Source of the DNA: Octopus sinensis
Lineage: Eukaryota
DNA length: 64,000 nt
Direction of reading: 5' to 3'
NCBI RefSeq assembly: GCF_006345805.1
Contig: NC_042999.1
Location: 113,336,001-113,400,000, forward strand
Both the position numbers and the translations under genes were made by a program. Below the pieces are notes generated by a model, which was given only the letters and a program-made list of their open reading frames with translations, ran no database searches and had not been told where the DNA came from. Positions 23,049 to 35,760 of the stretch are shown in pieces (the first letter of the stretch is position 1; each line of letters starts with the position of its first letter).

Positions 23049-24990
23049 TCTTTTTTTTTATTTCACTTGTTCCAGTTCGAGAGCAGTGGCAGTAGGCTCC
23101 GCCTTTAGCTTTGCTACACTTTCACTACTTGAAACCTCCTTTGATATGTGGAATTTGGTGAATGAAGGAATTTGATATTGCTGCCCTCATTTGCGTTTCC
23201 TACGGCAAAGTAGATTCATCCGGAACTCTTAACAGGAGATCCAGTTTTGCTTTGAAGACACCTACATTATCCTATGTAGGTCTTTCACGCTTTTTTAGAA
23301 TATATAAAAGCTGTAGGTCTTTGAAACACAAGCTGTTGCAGTATCTAGTCCTGGATCTTGATGGCAATGTTGGGATCTTTGGCACTATGTATTGGTGCCC
23401 TGTCAGGCTGTTTGTGAACTTTCAATGTCAAAGTTTGGTACAAATTCTTCCAGGATTTTCCAGATGTATATCACATCAGATCTTTCTCGCCTTCGTTCTA
23501 GGGAGAAGTGTGTTAACTTTTTCAGCCTTTCCCAGTAGCTGACATATTGCATTGAAGCCTATAAATTTTAGCGTCTGCTCTGCTTCCTCCTTTATGGATA
23601 TGGCATATTATTCTCTCCGTCAGTTTGCCTGGGAGCTTACCATTTGCAGAGACGTTTGGAAGGCAGAATTCAAGTAGGACCTTGCGATTTGGAGCAACTG
23701 GTAGGCGATAGGTAGTACATATAACTATGCCGAGTTGTCTTATATGTACAATTAGTGTGTCACATACCGTGTTTGAGTATGACAAAAGGACCTAGGACGT
23801 GAGATCTTTGCGGTTATACATTGCACTTCCACCATAACTCTAGTCTTTTCTGTCGGTTCGCAGTATAACATACTTTGGTACGTGTATTTCTGCATCTGCA
23901 GTGCCGGATTTGAGGTACGTTTCGGTGAGTGCTATGCCTAAGGCTTGATTGCATGCCACAAGGTCTCTCAGGCAGAGAATTTTGGTTCTGTTACTGAATT
24001 GTTTAGTAAGAGTAATTTCACACCTGTATTGATGACATTGGTAGTCACCCTGGCTTCATATGCTGTGTATGTTTGCGGGGATGACTCCGATTCTGAAATT
24101 GATGTAGTCAAGTTAGTTTCTGTACAATCATTTGTACCATGCATAAAAAAGATTGTTGCTCAGCTGCAGTCCTTGTGACGGCATCTGGACAGGGATGGTT
24201 GCTGGGAGGAGTACGCACTGCATCAGCGTATTTTCGTTTTGGTGTTGGTGTTGCACGACTTTTCCTCTTTGAAGTATTTGTTCATCTTTTGATCCCTCCG
24301 GAGGGAAGTTTTTGTTTTGCCTCATGTTGCTGTAGCACGGTTTTCAGTGTGGGAAACTGCAGTTTGAACCGTCGGCTTCATGTCAACAGACACCGTGCAG
24401 ATAGAATTTACACACATGTGTGTTTTAAACTGGGGTCCTAATTTCCCTAGTGTTTGTTTTCTTTTTAATTATTGGTACTTTCACATATGAGTGATCTAAT
24501 TATTTCTTTCCTTGGTTGTTCTTTTCGGGAGCTGTTTTTCTTCATTTTTATTTGTGCCATCAACATTTTTTGTTCCTATTTCTTTTCAGAGACTTTTGCT
24601 TTCCATTTTTCTTCATTTCCTGTTCCTTTTTTTTAACACTTCGTCTCTTTGGATGTTTACATTGTAGGACCATTAGTGCTGGTGTCTCTTTCCCTGGCAG
24701 GTCTCGCACATATCGTTTTATCTATGTTTCCTTGGGCGGTGTGGTGGTGGGGGATCAGTAGAGCCAGAGGAACATCTCTCACATCAGTGTCTCCGTTTTT
24801 GTCATCTTTATTGAGTTTGTTTTCAAGGATGCTAACGTGAGGTCTGTCTGAGCTGTGGTCCTTTCTGTAGCTGTTGCTCTTTAATATTGCGATTATCATT
24901 TGATTTGGATTGTCCGCTTCCGATGTCTGTCAGCCTCTCAAAAACAATTTCAATTCTGTAGCCCTTCAGTTTCAAGATGTCTTTACTGTC
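23049..24990 (-). mobile_element. CR1-like LINE with large internal deletions (ORF1 remnant, APE endonuclease, RT N-terminus, C-terminus, 3' tail)
   Basis: In order: CCCH-like CVKFYLHGVC*H..G..CSFPH (~24345-24425); ETYLKSGTADAEIHVPKYVILRTDR..GG; SYSNTVC..L....YRLP; GKLPGKL...HKGGSRADAK.YR; YWERLKKL.HFSLERRRER..IYIWKILE.FVPNF. The 5' limit is uncertain. Confidence 0.75.
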
Positions 24991-25569
24991 CGGCCGTTTC
25001 CTCTTGTATATATTTAGAGATAAAGATATGGAGAGAGATAAAGTAAAAGAGAGAAAGAAAGAGAAGTTTTATAAATTTGTAACGATCTACGAGTGGATTC
25101 ACTGTACAGAGAAAGAGAAGGAGAAGAGCAAAGGAAAAGTTGTATAAATTGCTGAGATCTACGTGTGAATATATCTGTATATGAGACACAGAGGACGATC
25201 TATATATGTGTGTTTGAGTACATATCTATGATCTTTTTATAGATATATTCCCATGTACACACAGATCAATAGAGAAAGTGTGTGCGCGCACGTGTATGTG
25301 TTTGTGTGTGTGTGTGTGAGAGAGAGAGAGAGTAAGAGATAGAGAGAGAGACGGAGAGAAAGAGAAAGCGTTTTTTAACTGTTTCTTACTGTAAGGAGAG
25401 GTCAGAAGAGATATCAAGAGAAATTAAGCAATTAATCAATTGATTAATTAAAATACTAAAACGGACAGCAGCATGGATGTACCTCCAAAAGATAAAAAAC
25501 ATAAAAAGTTACCAATCGGTCTACGATTTTATCACACGTTTCACAAATCCATGTGTTTAACCATAATTT

Positions 25570-25745
25570 AAAGGGCCAGTAATGTCATTGTCTTTGTCGC
25601 GTTGAACCTCCTTAACAATTATGTTAAAGATACGAATATCCGTGGCGTGCTCAGTCACTTGCAAATTACTTACATGAGCGCACTGTTCCATTAATCCGAC
25701 CAACTGGAACACTTGTCGTAACTGATGAAGTGTCAGTCAAGTTTA
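25570..25745 (+). mobile_element. SINE family C, 3' part
   Basis: CTCAGTCACTTGCA...CCATTAATCCGACCAACTGGAAC..TCGTAAC matches the reverse complement of 6012-6130. Confidence 0.6.
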
Positions 25746-26082
25746 ATATGGTAACTGTGGCGTAGGAGGTAATGAGAGACAAACTGACTTCAGATCACAA
25801 AGCGAGTGATTTGGGATTTATTTTCTTTCTTAGACAAGCATTTGGCAATAATAGACATCCATACAGGGCCCTTCAATATTCCAGCTACTGGCCCACAGAG
25901 CGGTAGAGAGAGGGGGAAGGTGAAAAGATGGCGGAAAAGATGTGCCAGGGTGTACCCTACGTATATTAAAATTCTATTAACTGAATTGTTACGGCTGTTA
26001 AAGCATTGAATTACTTCATTTTGAAGTGAGATATGGGAATGTAATATTTTAAGAGGTAAACAAGAAACTGTGTGTATCTGTT

Positions 26083-26118
<36 letters not shown>

Positions 26119-26813
26119 TACAAAAAATTGGACAAGAACACAAAACATCCAGACAGTTAGATGATACAAAAAATGGACAAGAAAAAACAAGGACGGGTCA
26201 TTCGGAGTTTTCTTTTATCAGACAAGTTCCAGATTAGATTTGCAGTTTCGGCTGGTTATACTCGTAACTGCTCCAATCTGGCCAGCCCCAAGGAAAATCT
26301 AAGCTTAGAGCACTAGATTCCTTGGAAGAAAGCAGCGAATGTATACGAAAACAAGGACGGAAAAAAAACGGAGAAATGGTACGCAATTACAAATGCAAAT
26401 AACAAGACATTAACAACAGGTGTCTTTCAACTAAGGACGAATTAAATTAAGCTGGCGTGTGTGGAAGTGAAGCCTTACGGCAGGGACATAAGGGATGACA
26501 GGCATGTGAAGAAATGTAGATGTTGCACGGATAGTAGTCAAACCAAGAACGAAAGGTCAGGCTTCGCCGAACACCGGTCACGTGGAAGGAGAGGAGAGAG
26601 GTAGAGGCAGAGGGATAGAAGAACGAGGGAGGGACGAGAAAAAAAGAAGAGGGGCAGAGTGAAGTTAAAGAGGAGGGAAGGTGGGAATGAAGGGAAGGCC
26701 AGGAAATGTGAGAGAGGGGAAGCGAAAGAAAGCAGAGTGGAAAGAACGAAGTGTGAAGGGCTGATAAAAATAAAGAACGAAAGAATAAGAGAGTCGTACA
26801 AAATTTATATATA

Positions 26814-26870
<57 letters not shown>

Positions 26871-27318
26871 GTACTTACATGTATGTATATGTATATGTAT
26901 TTATGCATTTGCATGTATGTATGTATGTGTGAATGTGTATGTGCACACATGTATGTATACACGCGCGCGCGCGCACTCACACATTCATTGTGTCTGAATT
27001 AACTTATGCTGTTGTATGATGATTCTCTTTCAACAAATTAACAAGCACGCGCATGTTATATTTCCTGGATAGCATCAAGTTTTCTTCTGATGTATATACA
27101 TGTGTGTGTGTATGTGTGTGTGTGTGTGTATGTGTGTGTGTGTGTGTATGTGTGTGTTTGATATTGCAAAATAGAACTCAAAACATGAGTATAAATGTAA
27201 CCAAAGCAATTTCGGTTACGATATTGTGGATCATAAAAGTAAAAACACCTTAGCTTTAGATATAAGCGTTCTATCCTAGGTGTCAATACTTACGTCTGTT
27301 CAATGTTATTAATTAAGC

Positions 27319-27492
27319 AAGGCGGCGAGCTGGCAGAATCGTTAGCACACCGGGCAAAATGCTTAACGGCATTTTGTCCATCTTTACGTTCTGAGTTCAA
27401 ATTCCGCCGAGGTCGACTTTCCGATGGGGTGGATGTAATCGATTTACTCATCTCCAGAAATTTGCTGGCGTTGTGCCAAAACTTGAAAACCA
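27319..27492 (+). mobile_element. SINE family B (internally deleted monomer)
   Basis: AAGGCGGCGAGCTGGCAGAATCGTTAGCAC (A-box-like) and GAGTTCAAATTCCGCCGAGGTCGACTTT (B-box-like). Confidence 0.88.
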
Positions 27493-28269
27493 ATATTATC
27501 TCAGAGGGAGAACAATTTCAGTTTAATAAATAATATTCTTTCAAAGTGTTTTCATAAACCAAAACATCAGATATGTATTTTACAAAAGAAAACACCACAG
27601 AAGAATTTTTAATAAGTTTGTGACACTTTTGTATTTGAGAGATGTGTTTGGGTTTTTATATTTTGGTTTTCTTTGTCATTACTTATCTCTTTTTCTTTGT
27701 CACATTAGAGGCTGTTTATTATATATGCATTTGGGAAGGGAGAGTTCTAGAAATCTTTTGAAATTTTATGACATATTGTTATGCATTCTTCTAGTCGCTT
27801 TACTCTTCCTTTATCATCTCATTGTTTACTTCTTTAATATCGTTGTATTCTGTAGTAGTTGAGCTTGAAATGACGGCTTGTGACTGTCCTAAAATGCATG
27901 ATATTAATAAGAGTGCATTACACTGTTATTCATGTTAGTTTTATTCAGCTCTTTTTTGTTTGATGATTTTATTTTGAACGTGCTTTCCATTAAAACATTT
28001 TATCTTTATACATGAATCTAATTGAATGCTTCTGTTTTGCATTCATTATCACAACACACTTATTAACAATTTCCTGTTTCGTTCCTATAATTTCGTTCGA
28101 AGATTAGAGACATAAAACTCGGAGTCACGAAATTTGAAGCTGCAGCTTGAATAAATATATATTTGAATCATTACATTTAATATCAAAAAATCTTTTTCTT
28201 TCTTTCTGCCAGTGAAGTTTTTACATTCAATATTTTACATACACACACGCGCGCATGTATTTATTAATC

Positions 28270-29090
28270 TTTACTCTTTACCCTTTTACTACTTTTAGCT
28301 CGAGATCTTTAGCCATGCTGGAGCACCGACGTTAGTTTTTCTCCACTTTCATCACTTGAAACTTCCTTTGATGTGCAGCATATGGTGAATGAGAGAATTT
28401 GATGTTGCTGCTCTTATTTGCATTGCCACCGCAACGTAGGTTCATCTGAAACTCATTGCAGGAGGAAATCCTATTTTGTTTTGAAGACACCTACACCCAC
28501 CCATGTAAGTCTCTCAGACTTTTGGGGTGGATATCGAAGACCTGTGGGTTCTTGAAATCCAAGCTGTTACAGTATCTGGTCCTGATGGCAATGTTGGGAT
28601 CTCGTTCTGCTGTTTGTGTAACTTTCAATGTCAAATTTTGGTACAAGTCCTTCCAGGATTTTATAGATGTATACACTGCGTATCTTTTCCGTCTTCATTC
28701 TAGGGAGTAGTGTGTTAACATTTTCACCACCACCCCCAGTAGCTGACATGTCGGGCTGCGACTATCTTTGTGTAGTTTCGCTATATTGCCGCGGCTTCCG
28801 CCATCAATTTTACACTGTGTAGAGACCATAGTTGGGAGCAGTAGTCCAAACGACTGAAGATAAATGTCCTTCAGAGGACCATCATGATTTTCTGTTCTCT
28901 CGTTGTGAATCTCCTGAAAGTTCTAAGGAGCCATCCGGCCAGCCGCCTGCACCTTATTGCTAACTCAATAATATGCACCTGGAGAAATGCATCATTCCTC
29001 ATGTCAATGACCAGGTCGCACATTGATTTTGATTCAGAGATCGTAATTCTTCCTGGGCTAGTGTACCATATTTGCATTTCATGCAGCTTC
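28270..29090 (-). mobile_element. 5'-truncated CR1-like LINE, same family as 23049-24990
   Basis: GWLLRTF..TTREQKIMMVL*RTFIFSRLDYCSQLWS; VYIYKILEGLVPKFDIESYTN; nucleotide similarity to ~23110-23540; 3' tail with (GTAAAAG)n-like repeats. Confidence 0.8.
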
Positions 29091-29224
29091 GTGTGTGTGT
29101 TTGTGTGTGCGTGTGTGTGTGTGTGTGTAAACATACATACGTACGTACGTACGTAAATACATACATACACTCACACAGACACGCACACACACACACACAT
29201 ATATATATATAATAAAGTACAGAA

Positions 29225-29380
29225 TAGTTGTGTGGTAAGAAGCTTACTTCCCAAACACATGGTTCTGGGTTCAGTCCCGCTGCGTGATACCTTGGGTATG
29301 TGCTTTCTACTACAGCCTTGGGTCAACCAAAGCTTATTAAGTAGATTTCGTAGGCAGAAACTGAAAGAAGCCTGTCATGT
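29225..29380 (+). mobile_element. SINE family A, 5' half
   Basis: GTGTGGTAAGAAGCTTAC..GGTTCAGTCCCGCTGCGTG..GAAACTGAAAGAAGCC. Confidence 0.8.
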
Positions 29381-29394
29381 ATATATATATATAT

Positions 29395-30425
29395 AAACTT
29401 AGATAAAACTTAGATATGTTTCGACCAAAGATTGGTCCAGGCCATGTCTAACTTAATAGTACCACCTGATAGGATTATCTAAATCCTGTTTAAATCAAGT
29501 TTTCTTTATGGTCCATTCAAGTAGTGAGTTTTTGTTGGTTGAGTTGTATCCAATTATGGGTGGCTTAATCTGGTATTCCTTGAAGGAATCTATCCAAACT
29601 CCGTTTAAAGTTGATGGGATTCTTTTTTTCTTTGATCTCTTTCGGGACAATCTTAAATAGGGCTGGGCCTGTTGAGGAAAAGAAATTATGTTGCAGTGTA
29701 CATGTATGCTGTGATCTTGAATTGGGTAGGGGACGTATGGCCCGTGGTCCCAGTCTTGGACGAACCTTGAAGCTAATGTTCAGGTCGTTTGGGCAAAGGT
29801 GGCGGTATATTCTCTACATCGTACAAATGATGTACCGCTCACGGCGACGCTGGAGAGAGTAGAGTTTCAAGGCTTTAAGGCGGTCCCAATAATCGAGAGC
29901 AGCTATGCCTTCAATTCGCTTAGTGAGTGCCCTCTGGGGTGATTCAATCCTCGAGATGTTTTGTCTTGTATGGGGAGACCACAGTGGGCATCAGTATTCG
30001 AGGTGTGGCCGTACAAAGGAGGAGAAAAGTGGTATGATGACACCTTGTTCTCTGGACCGGAAAGTTCTTAAGATCCAGGAACTCATCCTACGAGCTATAT
30101 CGACCTTCTTGTTGATGTGTGCACTCCAACTGAGATCGTCATCAACAATTACACCCAGGTCTCTGATATTGTTAGAGGCTGTGAGCGGTTCCCCTGAAGG
30201 AAGAGAGTATGGCTGTTTTAGTGAGGAATTTCTTCCAAAATGCATCAGCTCAAATTTTCCCTCGTTCAGTTGCATTTTGTTTCTGTCTGCCTATTGACTC
30301 ACAGCATATAGATCAGACTGGAGTTGAGTTCGGTCTGCTTCTTCATTGACGATTTGCTGGAGCTTAGCGTCATCAGCAAATATTTTCACTTTGCAGTAAT
30401 GTACGACACTGGAAAGGTCGTTTAT
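29395..30425 (-). mobile_element. 5'-truncated CR1/L2-like LINE (RT catalytic region to 3' end), second family
   Basis: VKIFADDAKL; MQLNEGKFELMHFG; RDLGVIVDDDLSWSAHI; WILRTFRSRE...VRPHLEY; YWDRLKALKLYSLQRRRERY; ends in two copies of an ATCTAAGTTT(T) unit. Confidence 0.9.
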
Positions 30426-30426
30426 G

Positions 30427-30462
<36 letters not shown>

Positions 30463-30479
30463 TATATATTTATGTATGT

Positions 30480-31018
30480 GTGTCTTTGTGTTTGTGTTTG
30501 TCCCTCCCACCATCTCTTGACAACCGATGTTGGTGTGTGTATGCCTCCGAAACTTAGCGGTTCGGCAAAAGAGCATGATAGAATAAGTACTAGGCTTACT
30601 AAGAATACTAAGAATAAGTCCTGGGACCGATTTCTTCGACTAAATGCGGTTCTACAGCATGGCCCCAGTCAAATACTGGAGCACCACCTTTAGTCGAAGA
30701 AATTGATCCCAGGACTTATTCTTTGTAATCCTAGTATTTATTCTATCGGTCGCTTTGCTGAACCGCAAGATGACGGGAACGTTAACACACTAACATCGGT
30801 TGTCAAGAGATGGTGGAGGGACAAACACAGACATACAAATACATGCATACAATCATACATACATACATATATACGACGGGCTTCTTTCAATTTCCATCTA
30901 TCGAATCCACTCTCAAGGCTACAGTATCAGACACTTGCCCAAGGTGACACGCAGTGGGACTGAACCCGGAACCATGTGATTGGGAAGCAAGCTTCTTACC
31001 ACACAGTCACTCTTGCGC
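30480..31018. mobile_element. Two SINE A copies fused tail-to-tail (+ 30480-30678; - 30681-31018)
   Basis: A plus-strand 3' half directly abuts a minus-strand copy; both carry the variant CCACCATCTCTTGACAACCGATGTT. Confidence 0.85.
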
Positions 31019-31689
31019 CTATATATATATAACATATATATGCAATATGTATTATAATATATATAATATAGTATGTATGTATGTATGTATGTATTATGTA
31101 TGTATGTATGTATGTATGTATGTATGTGTGTATTATGTATGTATGTGTGTATTATGTGACAGAGAGAGAACAAGAGAGTGAATGAGTGAGTGAGTGAGTG
31201 AATGAGTGAGTGAGTGAGTGAGTGAGTGAGTGAGTGAGTGAGTGAGTGAGTGAGTGGGTGTGTGCGTGTGTGTGTGTGTTGTTCAAATATTCAATACGGA
31301 ATATCCCAAATGTCTGAGTTAAAATTTCAGAGCTCAATTTTGACATTCATTCTTCCGGAGTCAATATAATAGTACCGATCCAGGGCGGTAGATTAGCGGA
31401 ATTCTAGTCTGAGATGCATCTCAGATTTATTGTCTCTCTCTATTATGGTCCTTCCGGCTTTAAATTGGAAAAAGGTTAGTTGAGTACGAAATTGATAGTA
31501 TTTTCTCTTTGAAATATATAATAATTATAAGTATCAACATATCATATAGACAAAATTCTCGCTCAACCCACGTAATCCTTTTCTGTATTAGAATATCTTC
31601 CTTGTACCCGACTACACGTGGCCTGAAGAACAGAGAGTATAGGATAGCATAGTAAGATACTTAATAATATTGATTTCAAATTTTGGACA

Positions 31690-31885
31690 AGGCAAGCAGT
31701 TCCGGGGTAAGGGTTAAGTCGATTACAATGAATCACAATATTCCACTGATGCTTATTTTATTAATCCCGAAATTATGAAAGGCAAAATTGATTTCGGTGG
31801 AATTTGACTTCTGAACGTGAAGACGGACGAAATGCTGCTAAGCATTTTACCCGGCGTGCTAGCGTTTCTTCCAGCTCGCCGCTCT
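31690..31885 (-). mobile_element. SINE family B
   Basis: ATGAAAGGCAAAATTG...GCTAAGCATTTTACCCGGCGTGCTA...CCAGCTCGCCGC. Confidence 0.8.
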
Positions 31886-32634
31886 CTTCTTCTATGGTAA
31901 TATTAAAAGGTTTTTGAGTTTACGAAAATTACAACTCAGTTCAGTTCTCTTACCAGAGCAAATAAACAAAGTGCAAATAAACAAAGTCATTTTAAAGGTA
32001 CTACATAAATTCCACCACCACCGTCACCAATCTTCAGAATAGATCGCGAAATAGCAGTCGAAAGTGTCGTGCTTAGGTTGACTAGTGAATATCTGCTACT
32101 GTAGAGTGTAGCTGAGAATCGTCATTCATATCTACTTTCGAACAGTATACGAAACAACTGATAAAACAGTTTCCTATTCTTGTGTTTTAGTTCGTTGATT
32201 TTATTTTTTGTATGAAGTACTATTGCAATATTTCTTTTTTTTTATCTATTTGATTTTATCTTCACATATCAATCTAATTATAGGAATTGATGCAATTAGA
32301 AGTTTGTTCAGTGATATTATGATTGATTGACATGTTTTGCATTAATGGAATTGACAGAACTGGCAAAAGTTTACAGATGTAAGAAAACTTTAATATAATT
32401 TCCAATAATGATTTATTGTATGAATGTTCTCAGATAAAATAAATTGGGACTAAATTTTAAAAATCCTTCGCTGTACTTTTCTTGATCGATTTATTGCTCA
32501 CTCTTTCTTTCTCCCTCTCTCTGTCTCGCTCGATCTCCCCTCCCTCTCTCTCTCTGTATATGTGCGGTGTCTGTGTATAATATATATATATATATACATA
32601 TGTATGTATGTATGTATGTATGTATAATGCTGTC

Positions 32635-32765
32635 TCTTACTCTTTTACTCTTTTACTTGTTTCAGTCATTCGACTACGGCCATACTGGAGCACCGCCTTT
32701 AGTCGAGCAAATCGCCCCCAGGACTTATTCTTTGGAAGCCTAGTACTTATTCTATCGGTCTCCTT
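32635..32765 (-). mobile_element. SINE family A, 3' tail fragment
   Basis: CTCTTTTACTCTTTTACTTGTTTCAGTC..GGAGCACCGCCTTTAGTCG. Confidence 0.85.
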
Positions 32766-33341
32766 TTTCTCCCTATGGACTTTGTGTGTCACAATGCACA
32801 TCCCCTCCAAGTGACGCCAATAGGTACCAGAAACGTAGTTTCGGTGCAATTTTTTTCTCCTCGGTGATAGATACTCCCCTGTTCATTTGTAGCTGTACAA
32901 GAGCTTCTTGTAACTGTACAAGAGCTTCCTATATAGAAAACATAAAGCAAAACCTCAAACAAGACTTTTGCTGTAGTGTGCTGAGGTTTCAATGCTGGAG
33001 TCAACTCAGTAATATCATCAAAACATGGAAATAAAAATATTGGTGCGTACATTTATTCTTAACATGCTCCTGCATACTGAAGTGTAACAGCATTCGCTGC
33101 AGATTTTTTTTCTCGGAGAAGAAACGTCTCCCATTAGAGTTTGTGCGTAAAAGAACACCAAACTTCAACGTCAGCGAACTATAAGTTACGGGATTTCAGA
33201 GTTATTTTCCTTCCGTTTTTAGTAAGAAAAGCAGTTTCTGTTTAGCTTCAAATGGAAAGGACAGTACCTTTCATCGAGGAAGCAAAATCACGCAAAATGT
33301 AACGAATTGTCAGCAGGGAAACTGATCGTTTGGGTGGAAAT

Positions 33342-33865
33342 CTGCTATAAGCACGCCATATAATTCCTCATAACGTCTTTTGATTTTGGAATTTTCAGCA
33401 AGTTTTTGAGAACTTGTATTCTATACAGAGGAATTCGTATGATTATGCAAAATCTAAAGAAAAAAAGATTTTTGTGTGTAATTTAAGGGCTATTTAACTG
33501 CTATTTTTAGCACATCTCACGACCACCTGAGCCATTCCTTGATTCTTTGTCCCTCTGACATATTGTTGTTTTTTAATATCTTTCTCCCTATAAACATATT
33601 TTTTTAGTATATTGCTGGGATTTAAGCAAAAAATTCGGACTGTCCATATTTATAAACTCTGAATTAAAAAAGAAATCGAAAATTTTTTAAATAATTGAAA
33701 AATTAAGAGAAAAAAATTCTTTTAATAGTTCGGAAAATAAAATATAAAAAAATATTTCATAGTCGTGTGAATTGCCCTCTGTAGAACACAAATGCGCAAA
33801 CATTTTCTGAAAATTGCAAAAAATACAAAAAGGTTACGAAAGGTTATATGGCGTGCTTATAACAG
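33342..33865. mobile_element. MITE-like element with ~130-bp imperfect TIRs
   Basis: CTGCTATAAGCACGCCATATAA.. (33342) versus ..TTATATGGCGTGCTTATAACAG (33865); arm similarity continues ~130 bp; non-coding AT-rich interior. No TSD identified. Confidence 0.7.
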
Positions 33866-34663
33866 CTGATGCTAGTTGACATAAACTTTCAGCGTGCTCA
33901 GTATCAGCTGAGATTCGAAAAGCTAAAAAAATTCGTATTTTCGAAAAGTGTCTCGCCACAAATGGAAATCTCAACATTTTTGGAAACATTCTAGAGTGAT
34001 GATATAGGTGAGCATAAAACGCGTGATTTAAAAAGTGATATGTTGATGTCTTATGTGGTTGTGACAAGCTGAAGTGAAAGTGTAATAGGAAGATTTTGCC
34101 TCTTCCCTATCTATCCACCCTCCATCTATATATTCCAAACAAGGACAATATCCAAAACGATATAGTTAATTCTTTCTTCTTCTCCGAGTGTCAACCGAGT
34201 AGTTTTGAACGTGAATCTGTCTTGATTTGGTTTTTCTTTTTTTTCTTCTTTGTCTTTTCGCATACTTTTTATGGCACGCTCACGCAGACCTATTTATCCT
34301 TTGCAAACAGTCCACTTCCCATGTTTCCATTTTGTTGCACCATACATATACTTCTATCTTGAATTGGAAAATTAGCAGAATATATTTTCGTTGGACAACT
34401 TTATCGACAAACAAAACTCGGCTTCCTTAAATACAGAACTTTTTAGTGTCAGATTTTCAAATCATTGACGTCGTTTTGCAACTCTTCGTATATATTCAAG
34501 GCCTTTCAATCCTCTTCATACACAATATAGCAACATATCTATAGAATTGGCAGTTGCAAGTCCATGTACAATAGCATCTCTTTTCACTGCGCTCTCTACT
34601 CTCTCAGAAACTTTCTGATCTCTTCAAATCTCTTCAATGCTCGGCAATATCCTTTTCCAGTTT

Positions 34664-34868
34664 AAGGCGATGTGCTGGCAGAATCTTTATCAAGCCGGGC
34701 AAAATGCTTAGCGGCATTTCGTCCATCTTTACATTCTGGATTCAAATTCCATCGAGATCGACTTTACCTTTCATCCTTTTGTGGTCGATAAAATAAGTAC
34801 CAGCTGAGCACTGAAGTTGATGTTGTCGACTTAGTCCCGTCCCTGAACTTGCTGGCTTTGTACCAAAA
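34664..34868 (+). mobile_element. SINE family B
   Basis: GCTGGCAGAATC..GGGCAAAATGCTTAGCGG..TTCAAATTCC..GACTTTACCTTTCATCC. Confidence 0.85.
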
Positions 34869-34875
34869 ACATCGG

Positions 34876-34962
<87 letters not shown>

Positions 34963-35159
34963 CACACACACACACACACATATCTTCACACCTTGTACCA
35001 AAGTCATCGGATATATGTATATATAAATATATATAGATAAAACTTACTTGGAAAAGGATGCGTAGCATTCGATCATATAATAATATAAATAATATATAAA
35101 TATATGCATATATACATACAGATATATGTACTTACCTACACACACACACACACACACAC

Positions 35160-35219
<60 letters not shown>

Positions 35220-35565
35220 TACATGCATATATGAGTACAGGACATAAAAAAGCGTTGAACACAATGAGGATTATATTTTCGTTGGACCACTTTATCAACA
35301 AACAAAACTCGGCTCCCTTAAATACAGAACTTTTTAGTGTCAGATTTTGATGCGAAACATTCCTTGTGTTGTATGTCTTGTATTATGTTTTTTTTTCGTT
35401 TTTTCGTTGTTTGAAAAGAAGTTTGTTTCTATGTTTTGTTTTTATGTTTTCGTTTCTCATTGTGTTCCACGTTTTTTTTATGTCCTGTACCTATATATAC
35501 ATGTATATATACATATATTTGTAGGTATGTACATATATGTATGTATATGCATATATTATATATTA

Positions 35566-35654
<89 letters not shown>

Positions 35655-35701
35655 GTGAGATATAAGTGAAATACTTACTCATACCCATGGAAGTCACATA
35701 T

Positions 35702-35760
35702 TTATCGCTGAAGAGGGGAAAACTCTTATGAATAACCCGAAATTGGGACCAATACGGTAA
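35702..35760 (+). ncRNA. Type I hammerhead ribozyme motif with canonical catalytic core
   Basis: Stem I TTATCG/CGGTAA; CTGAAGA (35708-14); stem II GGG..CCC; GAAA (35739-42); stem III ATTGG-GA-CCAAT; NUH triplet AUA, cleavage predicted after 35754. Confidence 0.7.

Noticed and set aside
26180-26232. Minus-strand CTGATAAAAGAAAACTCCGAATGACCCGTC, hammerhead-like
   Set aside because: Several core mismatches (G8, GAAA) and no stem I pairing; at most a dead relic.
31408-31425. 18-bp perfect palindrome TCTGAGATGCATCTCAGA
   Set aside because: Isolated, short and without supporting context.
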